From Fimicolochytrium jonesii (lineage: Eukaryota): a DNA stretch of 64,000 bases. The translations under genes were made by a program, and so were the position numbers. Positions 48,361-60,142 of the stretch are shown here, piece by piece (the first letter of the stretch is position 1; every line of letters begins with the position of its first letter). The stretch spans positions 124,001 to 188,000 of the forward strand of contig NW_026515682.1 in NCBI RefSeq assembly GCF_025526975.1. Reading direction: 5' to 3'. Under the pieces are notes generated by a model. That model was not told the DNA's origin, did not search any database, and saw nothing but the letters and a program-made list of their open reading frames with translations.

Positions 48361-49031
48361 ATCATGGACACCCGTTTTCTGGAACATAGGAGGGGCTGTC
48401 CCGGCGTATCGTGAAGATTTCCAGACACGTTCTTCGTATAGTCTCCCTATCACATCTCATAGATATACTTATTTCACCATCTCGAAGTCATCTTCCCATG
48501 CTTTCATGTTCATTCTACCTCAATCTCACCCACTCCATTGTTTCTGTGTGACCATTTAATCAGCTTTCGAATGACCGAGAAACTACGTTGAAATACTTTT
48601 TCATTCAAGCACCCGACATAGAAAATACAACTTCTGTACAAGGAAAACATCAACCAACGCCAGTATTTACATAGAAGCACAAAAAGGACATAAACGACGC
48701 CATACTACCCATCCCCACCTCACACTTACACCATACACCGACAACTAGGTATCGAGTTCCGATTTGTACACATTATGGGATCTAGCTAGGAAGGGCTAGC
48801 CCCTAAATAAGATAGCCAAGTCTAGAGAGGAGAAAGACCGAGAATTCCCGCGAAAGATTTTCTCCGACAAGGCAAGAGACCAAAATCATGGCCCAAGAAA
48901 GAAGGGAGGAGAGGGAAGCACAAAAAACAGCCATGTACATGGCTAGGGCACGGTGCCACGGTCGCCCCGAGGAGGGCGAAAACAGCGACTCCAATCGTGG
49001 CACCGAGCATCAACACCCGAGCGGTACACCA

Positions 49032-51307
49032 TCAAAGCTGATCCTCAAACACCGAGTCCATAGCATTTAAGAAGCTCGCTCGCGCATCGTCTCCCTGTCC
49101 GTTTCCCACACCCGCATTGCCCGCACCTCCCATCAACGGCGATTGAGCGTGGTGCTGGTGTCCCGCAAGTCCGCCGTGGACATGCGTATGGGTGTGCGAG
49201 TGGGAGTGGCTGTGGAGGTTGGCGTCGGGGAAGCCGACGAGGCCGCCAAAACTGAGATCGTCCGAGTACGAATTGACGTCGTCCATGACTGTCGACGGGG
49301 GGTGCGCGTTCCCTTGGTTGGGCGAGGAGGATGGTAGCATTTGCATTCCTTGCAGAGGGTCCGTGTCGACTTCGTCACCGTTCCCGCCTCCATTGGTGTA
49401 CGTATTTTCGAGGAAAGTCAGGTAGGGGTTATCGGTGATGGACGACACTTGGTCTGACGATTGCATTGATACAGGCATGGACATCGACATGCTCATCGGC
49501 ATCGACATTGACATGGCAGGGGACAGCGTCGTGTCCAAGGTGTTTGAATTAGATCTCCCTAGCGTCTCGCTCAAGCCATCGCCACCATTGTGGGAGGCAT
49601 GTGACATGGCAGGGGAAGAAGAATCGCAAGCTGTATTCATGTCTTCAGGTGGGCTCAGGAACATCTCCGCAGCGGCGGCGGCTGCTGCGGCTTCGTTGGC
49701 TGCGTTCATTTGGGCTGCTGTCGACGTCTCCCGAGTCATCTCATGGACGTCCGTCGTCCAGTCCGAAAGAGGCGAATGGATGTTCGGGAAAGCATTCAGT
49801 GGTGTCGACGGATGGTCTTCTTTCATCATTAGGATATTGGCTGGTAAACTTCCTCGGCGGTGTAGATGTTGCGGCGCCCCATGGCCAGTAAATGAGGCGG
49901 GGCCGAGGCTGCTCATAGAGGAGGGGAACGGGAAGCGGCCTGTCAACGCTGACATAGAGTAAGGTTGATGTGATTCAGCCTGTTGCTGTTGCTGTTGCTG
50001 CTGCTGCTGCTGTTGTTGTTGCTGTTGCGATTGCGTTTGATGTGGCTGCGCCGGCGGTTTTTTCTCCCGGGTGGCATTCACCAGAGCGCGCATATATAGT
50101 TTGCAGTTTTCTGCGTATGCCAAGAGATTCGTCAACGACAGGTGTACTCGCCTCGAGCATTGAATCAGTACTCTTTCTTACCAGCAGCCATAGGTCCCAT
50201 GAACGATTTGTGCTTCATGACGACCTTGAAAACTTCCAGAGCATTTACTTCATCGTAACCAGCCATCAGACCCATTTCGGCCGTCATCTTCAATTCGAAC
50301 AAAAGGGAAAGGGAAAAAGGAACTTAGCAACAGGATAAACGAGGGAGAAACGGACAGCATTCAAGGAACCTCACCCGTAACGTCAGATCCAATTCCGGCG
50401 CAAGTTCGGCCGCATACGCTCTCCGATCATTGCACCAATCCTTCAATTCCTGGCAAGCTTCGAAATGGCCTTTGGGGGTCGTCATAAACACGTCTCGCAA
50501 AATGATCAACCGTCGCTTATTGCTCTCATGTATGCGCGCATAATTGGGATTGGCGCTTGGAGTAACGATAGCGCTGGCCGAGTTTGCACGCGTCAAGTGT
50601 GGGAACGCGCCAGCAGTTGGCCCCACTATGGCCGGCACTCCTGTGAAGGCACCGACCATACCGCTTTTCTCTGACATCGGCGATCGGCCCAGTAGGGTGG
50701 TGGTGTCGTCCAGGTCGCTCATTGTTATCGGAGTACCGGGTATGAGCTGGGCAGCCGCACTTCCTCCTCCTCCTCCTCCAGGGGCAGGCGGCATAGGATT
50801 GACTGCCATCGGACTTGTGATCAAAGGAGTAATGGGAGCGGGGCTCAAAACCCCAGGCATGGGCGACGGGGGTACGCTCCCGCATCGGTGTCCAGGGTTC
50901 TTCCAGCACTGCGGATGGTGGTGGTGGTGGTGGTGGTGATAATGGTGATGGTGGTGCTGTTGGCCTTGCTGAGATCCGCTGTTCCCACCCGCTTGACCTT
51001 GGCTTTGACTCTGAACCTGAGCCTGAGCCAATTGTTGCTGTTGCTGAATCTGACGACGAGACTGAGCGACTGCCTCTTCTTCAGCCTGCTGCACCACCGC
51101 CTGCAGGTTGTTGCAGGAGAGTGGTCGCAGTTGGGATGGCGCGTTCTTTCGTCTTCCCAAGATGGGCGATGCGGCGGTGTAGTCGGACGAAGAGAAGCTC
51201 CTGCCAAGCAGCGCGTTACTGGGCGGCGGTGGGAGCTGCTTCTTCCCAGCGCCCGAGGTTGACGCAGCGTCGGAGGCGCACGATCTCGCAGGTGAGGGCG
51301 GCCTCAT
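49032..51307 (-). CDS. Gln/His/Ser-rich probable transcriptional co-regulator with a Zmiz1 N-terminal-like domain
   Basis: Spliced central block RIHESNKRRLIILRDVFMTTPKGHFEACQELKDWCNDRRAY...MGLMAGYDEVNALEVFKVVMKHKSFMGPMAA resembles the recalled ZMIZ1 N-terminus; flanked by polyQ and polyH tracts. Start codon uncertain. Confidence 0.65.
49980..50027 (-). repeat. CAA/CAG trinucleotide repeat encoding Q16
   Basis: (TGC/TGT)n on the + strand, in frame within ORF 49032-50135. Confidence 0.9.
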
Positions 51308-52404
51308 CGGGGGCGGAGATTGTCGCAGCGTAAAGTGAGGGTTGGTTTTCCCAGCAGCCGGGCGGTGCTGTTTTCTTCTGTGGGTGCGTACGCGGCAGGC
51401 TTGTTTGACAAGGGAGGGGGACCACTCGCCCGTGCGAAAATACTAATGAGCCCCGTACTATCGATACGCCTGGCCGTCAAGGTCTGTCTGTGGATATCCG
51501 GAAAATGACCTGCTTTGAGTTTTGGCACGGCACGTTTGACGGGCGCGTTGGGTTCGCTAGCGAAAGACACCGGCGGACAGTCTTTCCTTGGATTCTGTGC
51601 ACTGGCACGTCTGGGTCTGGAGTTAGCTTATCGTAAAGCAGGTTTACGGTAGATACCGATGCAGGGAGACAAAAAGAAAGCGCAGGCGGCGAACTTCAAG
51701 CGTTGTTTCTATCGCTATGCGCTTGGTGATGCTGGTGTCTGCAAAGCGCAAGGCATCCACCTGACACGACAGGGAAGACAGAACCTGCGAGAAGCTGTAC
51801 TGTACTGTACTGTACAGTACATGCACCAGATCTACAGTGCGATGCGATGCCACTTCAGCCGCCCTTCCTGTACATCAACGTCGACCAATGGTCCGTGGTG
51901 TAAATACGTCAGAGACAGACACTGTCAGACAGACAACAGACCAGAAACTTTTGAAGACGGCGTGTGGGGAGCCATTGACCATCAAATCTCGGATCCAGGC
52001 CCTTCCTCCTCCCTGTGGGTTCTGGTCAGGACGCAAGGGGTTACAAGACTCAGGTCTGTTACCCGCCGTGACGGTGTGAATCGTCGTCGTCCGCGACGCG
52101 AGGACGTTGCCGTGGGTTGAATCCTCAATGCCTCAAGGTCACTGATCGCCGGATTGCTTGCTGCGCAGTCGTGACTCGCTGTTAACTTGTGCAACCGTGA
52201 CATAATTCCATCTCACCACCGGATTTGACCTTCACCGGAAAACCCAAAAGACTTTAACTGGGTCGCTTCACTTTTGGTCACGTGCTGAATAAAACACGAT
52301 GACCATCGGCTCAGTCCGGCATTGCATGCGAACGCAAGCACTCCGCAGACAGGAAATCAGCACTCACCACCACCAACACCTCGAACATCGCCGCTGCAAA
52401 CACA

Positions 52405-53029
52405 ATGGCTTTCGCTGCCTCCTCCCTCGCCCCTATCACAGGCCGCTTCAAGAAGCGTGTCGTCCGCGACTTGGTCGGTTCTATCACCTTCGGTACCGCA
52501 GCTGCATAGTAAGTCTCGATTCTGTGTTTGCGTGTTGTGCTTGCGTGGGAACGTGGACGGACGCTGCGAGTTGCTGAGGGGGAAATGGGCAAAGCAAGGG
52601 GTTGGAATGGGTTTGGTGTTGGTTTGATGCGTTCTTTGTGGCTTGGAATCTTGCTATCGAGGCAGCAGTGATCGTATTGAGTTCAGAAGCTGAAGCTCGA
52701 ACGGCCATGGACTGTGGAAATATCGCGAAGCCAGCGACGAGTTGGAAGGCAGTGAACAGGCCAAGGGAGGGGCGGAATAGCAGCGTACGGGAGGCGGAGA
52801 TACATCAGTCGAATGTAGCGTTCCAGGTCAGCTCACATGATTCCCTTTCCCCTCTAGCTACTGGTGGAACAACTCCCACCTTCCCAAAATGGCGGAATAC
52901 AAAGCCTACGACTCGAAAGTCCGCGCCGAGCTGATCGCCGAGCACGGTGAATGGGCCATCGGATCTGGGCAACAGCAGAGGCTCGACGAGAAGAGGGGTG
53001 TCAAGTCGCCAGGACAATCCGTCGAATAA
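52405..53029 (+). CDS. COX9: Cytochrome c oxidase subunit 9 (fungal VIIa); two exons, 52405-52508 and 52858-53029
   Basis: Spliced product MAFAASSLAPITGRFKKRVVRDLVGSITFGTAAAYYWWNNSHLPKMAEYKAYDSKVRAEL... matches the yeast Cox9 pattern APITG-x-KRRV-x-D...YWW; GTAAGT...CTAG intron. Confidence 0.9.
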
Positions 53030-53550
53030 ACATACGAGCCATCCCCCCACTCATCCTTATACAGAAGTCTAAAACCAACGGATTTCAATTGAAAATTGAA
53101 ACAGTTTCGGTTGTAGAATGGGCAGCATTGTGGACGATTTGATTTGATGGATTGAGGGCTCGAAGCAATCCCTGCCGAATCGCCTGAATGCCGCGACCTT
53201 CTGTTCAGTGTTCGAGTATTATACCTTCAGATAAAGCAATACACTTGAAACCCTTTTTGCGATATCAGGATCTCGCCGTCGAAACGTTTGTGGGCAATGT
53301 GGGGACGATCTTCGTGGGAAGCGGCAGTGTGGACCAATGATGGGAAGAATGCCGGGGAAATTGCATATTTCTGTTTGAGACATTGGTTCTAGAGGGCACG
53401 GAAGCGCTTTCCACTCAATATTGCAACAGATACGGCGAGGTAAAGAAACAACGTTGTGGGGATGGCGAATGTAAAACGAGGGATTTCCAGATATTTACGG
53501 AAGGTTACTAGGTAGGGAAGGGCCTCAGGAGTATAGAGAATACTACTCTA

Positions 53551-55302
53551 CTACTGCCAGTCGTCTCCTGCCCCTTGATCGAACAGATAATTTGCCGCTA
53601 ATTCCTCGTTCTTGTCACATGCAAAGAAAGCCTCGATGGCCAGGCCGCGCTCGAACCCTAGTCCAACCAGCTTCAAGGGGGAAAGATCTCCGTCAGTTTG
53701 CAAGCGTGCGTAGGTTGCCCAATGGTTTACTCACCCTGTTGATAGCAGCCTCCTCTTCAGGAGTCACCGAGATGTACTGACGACCACCCGGGGCTCCGCC
53801 TTCTTCACCAGCTTCACCTCCTTCACCTTCTCCTCCCTCCATGAGCATTTGGTAGAATGCATCTTGATTTTGCGTGATTGTCTGCGAACCAAACGCCGGT
53901 TAGTTAGGATCCTATAAAATAATGAAGTGTGCGGGTCTACAAACCTGCATGAGTTGAGGATTGCTCTGTGCGAGGTGTTGCAGCAACGGTTGAAGTAGCT
54001 GCGGTTGCGTCTGAACCATTTGTCGCAGTTGCTGGAACTGTGGGGCATTTCGGAGAGCGGAGAGATCACCGAAACCACCGGCGCCTGCACCGCCGCCAGG
54101 AGCTCCACCACCAGGTTGTTGCGCAGCCTGAGCTGCAGCGTCAAAGAGGTTGATATACTGACCGCCGTCTCGAAAGGACGATGACAGGTGAAGTAAGTAA
54201 ATGACCGCGGACCTGGCCACTCAATATTGACCGGCACTCACCACCTGGAACAGGAGCGCCAGCAGTAGCTGGAGTACTCGCGAGGGCTGCAGGGGTCGCG
54301 GGAGTTCCAGTAGCAGGGGCGCCGGCTGCCGCCTGGGGAGCAAACTCCCGTTGTACGCTTTCTGGGATCCCCTGCAAGATATAACAACGTCAGCCCCTTG
54401 TACCCGTATGGAGAGGCGTTTCCCGAAGCTGTACACGTACGTTCATCAAGTAATCTGCAGCGCGGTCTGGGTTGTTGAACGCCGCGCGCATAGCTCTCAC
54501 AATTTCGGTCCTCTCGAAACCCATCTCCACCAGGTTTTGCACGGCACTTTCGTAGGCAGAGCCAGTGGCTTCGAACACAAGGGAAGGAAATGAGCACCAT
54601 TTGCGTTGAAGAACACGCGAAGAGATATGGCTAACATACCCAGAGTTGATGCATCAAATGGTCCGGCGGGTGTAGCTGCGACAGCCGGGGCAGCTGCTGT
54701 TTGAGGAGCGGGAGTAGGGGTAGCAGGCGTTGCTGCCGGTGCAGGCGCAGGAGCGGACGCAACTGGAGTCGCCGGGGTCGCGGGTGCAGCAGCAGGGGCA
54801 GGCGTGGAAGCGGAAGCAGCTGGCTTTGGCTGACAAAAATATATCGGTTAGAACAGCGCCAGGAATATGGGATACATGAAAGCCACCGTCTCCTGTGATA
54901 TGTACCTTTCCAACCATTACAACAATGAATCCCTTCTCTTCAATCTTCGCCTCCTCCACAGTCCTAGCATCATCAAGAATCTTGCCTAAGTACGGTGAGA
55001 GTCGCGTAAGGGCCAATATGCGGTGAAAAGGACATACTCAGAATCTTACCAGAGTAAATGAGCTTTTGATGTGCCACTTCGAATCCTTGAGACTCTTGGA
55101 TCTTCTGCTTCAGTTCCGAGATCTGGACGATGGTAGAAATGGTACAAATGTGGGTGTTAGACAAGTGATCTTCCTTCCGAGTGCCTGATCTAGGGCGGTC
55201 CAGCTCCGCTCGGCGCATATTGACTACGAACCATACCTTCGCACTGGGCTCAATCTCGATCTGAAAGCTCTTCTGAGCGAGGGTTTTTACCGTCACTTTC
55301 AT
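53551..55302 (-). CDS. RAD23: UV excision repair protein Rad23 (UBL-UBA-STI1-UBA), multi-exon
   Basis: MKVTVKTL...[18 protein letters not shown]...[48 protein letters not shown]. Confidence 0.96.
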
Positions 55303-55789
55303 AGTTTGTGCTCTGCGGTCTGTGGGAAAACACACCGTTGATCAGTTTGAGGCCCTGCGTCAGAAGTTCCTTCGCGCAATGCTGCCAAATCCCGGCAATG
55401 AAGAGCTGCAGTAAGGGGTGGGAAAACCCTCCTCCCTTTCCCCACCACTTCTTTTCCCGAGTATTCGTACCTTCAGGCGGGGTAAGGTGGGTAGACTGTG
55501 TGGGCTCCGTGTGTGTCGCGGGGAATGCAAGCGTGCTTGAAGTCTTTGAAGTCCCATTAGAAACGCAGCGGCCTTCATATGACACACGTCCAGTTGCGTG
55601 CAGTTGTCCGGTGGGGGTCGACGCCACGCATGCGCCACCCTGCGCCTTCGGTGCTTCTCACGTCCCCACGCTGACGTTCACTGCACTGGAGCGACGGCCC
55701 TTTGACAATTGCGAAACCGCCCAAGAACTTTATCTTCTCGCACCACGTTAGACTCTGCTTCAGCACTCTCACAGTAAACTTCGCCCAAC

Positions 55790-56456
55790 ATGGCTATGGT
55801 AGAACCCACCCCGGAGACCTACGGGTTTCCTCCCGTTGCAGAACCAAAACTCGAAATCGTAAGTTCCAAACATCTTCACTTTCCACTTTCTTGCAAGCTT
55901 TACTTGTGGCAAAGGCCCGAGAGTCTTCTACCTCTTCTACACTTGCGTGTGTTGGACCGATGCTTATTATACGTTCTCTACAACTTCTGCAGATAGCAAC
56001 GGACGCCGCTGACCTGAATTCCGTAACGTTTGTCATTCACGGCGAAGACCATACGTTAGGAAACTCCCTGCGATACATGATTATGAAGAAGTACGCCTGA
56101 ATTTCCAACTTACAGTCCTTCAAACAGCTGAATCTGACTTCCGAAATCACATCTGATAGCCCAGCGGTTGAGTTTTGCGGTTACTCCATCCCGCACCCTT
56201 CAGAGTTCAAAATCCATTTGCGGATACAAACAGATGGTAAGGAAATGCGTCTACCTCAGGGTCCTGACGACCAATCAGAGTATCGAAGAATTGAAAAAGT
56301 CTTCCTTTAGGCACGATGACAGCAGCACAGGCGTTGGACAAGGGGTTGGATGACCTGGTGTCCTTGACGGAACATGTCCTGACGACGTTTGAGGAGAAGG
56401 TGGCTGCGAAGGACGATTACGAAGTGCGGGATGGCGCAGATTTCGAAACCGTATAG
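55790..56456 (+). CDS. RPC19: RNA polymerase I/III shared subunit AC19, multi-exon
   Basis: [52 protein letters not shown]. Confidence 0.93.
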
Positions 56457-56981
56457 GGAGGGATCTCTGGCTCGCCACTAGGGCTTTGGGGATCGAATTA
56501 TTTGCTGAAGCTGGTGGGAGTGGGAGTCGACGGGCCTCCCTCAGCGTTGATGTCGTGATGCGACCCCGACGATTGATTACGGCGAACGACGCGCTACACG
56601 CTCGTCAGCAATCGCGGAAATGGATGCTGGCGGGCTGCGGGCTGGAACGGCACACCTTAGACTGACTGGTGCAGAATATAGAAGTGACGCATCAAGTGGA
56701 CCGGGAAATCGAGCTCATGTGGGATCGTCATACCGGTCGTTATGTACATATTTACATTCTTAACTTAATACAACAAATCATGGAAACGACGTTGATCTGA
56801 GATCCGTCCGCTGGGATTATATAGTGCCGAAGTGCTAGACCTCGGCGTCGTCTGAAGCGATAGGATCGGGATGGTGGCCCATTGAGAAGCGCTTCGAGTC
56901 ACACTTCTAAATCATTTCTGTTGACGAGCATAAGTAAATTTCACGCAGGACGCAGGATACTATCAACATGACCAAACTCAC

Positions 56982-58303
56982 CTATGAGAACCGCGCATGC
57001 TTGATCTGTTGTATCTCTCCCGACAATCGGCCCATTGAGCTTTTGAAGTCATCCAGCTCCCGCCTCTTCGCCTCCGCCGTCTCACTCATCTCACTCTCCA
57101 GTCGTGCCAGCTCCCGCCTTCTAGCTTCAATCTTCTCCGGGTCATCATCAGGTAGCAGCGGCGACGGTATAATATTGGCAACGTTGTGAGGGGAGAGGAT
57201 CATGTCCATGTACTCGTGGTTTCGCTTGTATCTTTCGAGCGCTACGAGTCGCTCCACTGCGTCGTCCAATTCATCTGTGTGACGGGCCCACTATCAGGAC
57301 TCTATATTCGGATATCCCAAGTCTTTCGACCCCGTCTCACCTCCGGAAATCTCGTACTCATCGTCCACTGGTCTGACAGGCGCTGCCTGCTTTGCCTATT
57401 ATAGACCAGTCAGCTAAAGGATGAACTCCGTCACCAACCCCGAACACTCGCACGAACCCTATTCCTTTTCCGCGGTGGAGCATGTTTCGCAGATGGCGTA
57501 TCGGCGTAACGAGGCCCCAGCGGACCATGTCCATACCCCTGACTCGACGGCGGTGGAGCTCCTGCCGGCGAGGCCAGCGACTGCAACGCTGCTGGATCCC
57601 TGGGTGCCACTCGGATGAGTTGGGGGTATACGGGAAGCTGGTGAGCCGCATCTGCCGCCCGAACATAGTGCATGATTTGGAGTGTGGAGTTGCTGAGACG
57701 ATAACGTCGCCGTGTCCTAGATCCGAGTGTCAGTAGCAGCCCTATGGCAGGCCCTCTATCAAATGAGGCCTTCCATGAACGTACATTGAAGTGATCGTGT
57801 CGCCAAACCCGAAGCCTAGGTTTCGTATGTAAATCTCCATCTCCTGCCCTGTCGTGTGTTATTTCCAATTGCTGCTATTCCTCGTCTAAATCCAACTATC
57901 CGCACCTTGTCATTCACATATGCAGTCGTGACCGTTTCATCGTCCATCCAGCCTGAGTCCGTTTTTTGAGTTGCAAGCGTGCAAGGTTGTCATCGTCCGT
58001 TCCTGAACTTACCAAACCCATCTTCAGGAAGTTGCTCCATGGACGATAGTTGGAAGGCGAATATCGACCCGTCTAAGTCCGTAGTAAGCCCGTTAGAACC
58101 ACAAGCTCAACCCTCTCCTGCTCATAGCAAGTATCCCTACCAACAGGCTTGTCAGCAACGACCCACTCAAACCCCCGCTGATCTGCAAAAGTGTGGGAAC
58201 GTTGTAGGAGCACGGCGGCTCGTTCCGGCGACAGGTGACCTTCCCGGTCGGGTGGAAAGCTGATAGCCAGCTTTTTGAACATGCTCTGTACCGGGGCAAC
58301 CAT
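56982..58303 (-). CDS. SSR4: SWI/SNF-RSC complex subunit Ssr4-like, multi-exon
   Basis: FEWVVADKP; RTRRRYRL...LQIMHY (Ssr4 N-domain pattern); SGDELDDAVERLVALERYKRNHEYMDMIL (Ssr4 C-domain pattern). Confidence 0.72.
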
Positions 58304-58736
58304 CTTGGTCTGTCTTGAAGTGAGGTTACTTGACTTGGGGAAGCTCACCAATTTCAGGTCCTAAGGTCCTACTTGAAGCGAGAGTTGAAAGTCAAAGCTG
58401 GGAAAGCGCGTTCGAGCCCCGAGTTGCTGGTTTCCGGTTGACAGGATGTTGTCAGTTGAGCATTGTTCCTCTCGCCCCCCTTTCTTTTCCCTTTCGCTGG
58501 CTTCCATAAGCACTCGCGTGCTTCCATCTTTTTCCACTAACGCCTTCGTCATAAGCCCCAGAGAAGCTTCTGTTTTTGCGGATGTCAGCCCCACGTTTGC
58601 CGATGCCGGCCGGGATGTCCCCAAGGAACCCGAACCAGATGGAAGTCGCTAACTTGGCCACACATTGCAAACGTGTACACTGCACAGATCGGATTTTGTC
58701 CCAAGCATTCTACTACAAGAAATCACAAATACCATC

Positions 58737-59554
58737 ATGGCGCGAGTTGCTCGATTGCTGTTGTTTAGTGCCATTACCTTCCTGATCGTGATAGCGCTAG
58801 GGTATGCGGTGTTCGGCTATATGGTTTTTCTCAACACCTCACCTTTTCCTGCGACCAAAATCTTCCCGAGAAAAATAGTCATTGGTAGGTGCATGGCCAC
58901 TTACAATCCGCCAATTGCTAGACGTCCCTACTGATCTGGCTTGTATCAACAGGCTTATGCATATTATCGCCATTGGTGTTGACTACGTCCCTTCTCGGCT
59001 GTTGTGGTTTACACCGCTCCTCTGCAGCCTTCCTACACTCTCTCGTGGTGGCTTTGACTTTCCTCTGCATCGGGCACTATGTCCTCGCCCACCTCGCCCA
59101 CCTCGAAACCAACATCGTAACTGCCGAACTAGGCGCCTACAGCGACTGGAACTCGTCAAATGCCAATACACGCACATCCATTATGAACGAATTCCGATGC
59201 TGCCAATGGTCGGCTGCCGACATTGAAGGGAGCAAAGCCCACGCTCCTGCTGCCATCTCTACACCCGGCATTGCAGACGACGGCGATGCCTCCACCCCGC
59301 CCGTGGTGTACGACTCATGCCTGGCGGGCGCTGGTCCATGCGAGAACATATTGACGGATTTCAGGGTGACGCTAGCGCCTAAAATTGCAATCGCCTGCTA
59401 TGCCGTTATCGGATACTTGCTTTTGACATTGTCGATCGATGCGGCGTTGATTTATGCTATGCGAGACCGTAGAAAGAGGCGAGCAAGAGAGAAGCACTGG
59501 CGGAATGCGGTTGGGGATGAAGGGTTGCTCAAGAGATCCATGGCGTCCGTTTGA
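58737..59554 (+). CDS. Tetraspanin-like four-transmembrane protein, two exons
   Basis: Four hydrophobic segments; SLLGCCG after TM2; large loop containing IMNEFRCCQW...C...PC before TM4; basic tail. Confidence 0.65.
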
Positions 59555-60142
59555 AGCCGTACGGAATTCGGAAGCTTATGACCTGTTTTTCTGTATTTTC
59601 TTATCGTGTAACCTTGTTGTATCTGAAGTTGGTGTATAGCTTTGTAACCTCGGAGTGGGCTCGGCAGACAGAACATGTAGTATGCGGATGGAAAGATGCT
59701 TGAAGATGAGCGTAGTGGTATATGTCCTTGAGGATTTATTGTTTCAAAGTACCAGAAAATCACAATGATTCGATGGGAAATAATTACATGGATAGTTCTA
59801 TGGAATGACATGCGAATGCAAAATGACAACCCTGCCAGGAGCGATGTTACAGTGGACCTGTACCCGCGCAGAGTCCGTCCCCATTGATGAGATGTTCGCC
59901 AAAAGCCAATGCGATGGATGTCCCGAGTGAGACCAGATAGGCCCAAGCGCGTTTCCAGCCCGATGCGATGATGGGCAATCCGCTTGTGAAGATGGGTCCA
60001 ATTCAAATTCAAGCAACCCAGTGGTGTCGCATCGTGAGGCGATGCGTAGATATCGACGTGGTCAGTCTGATCTCCACAGGTCTCGAGATATATATGGCTA
60101 CCTCACCCCGCGCCCCAATCCCGCCTCCATAAACGCAAGCGC

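Noticed and set aside
4807..55302. RAD2 and RAD23 in one window as a DNA-repair cluster
   Set aside because: They are about 45 kb apart and separated by many unrelated genes.
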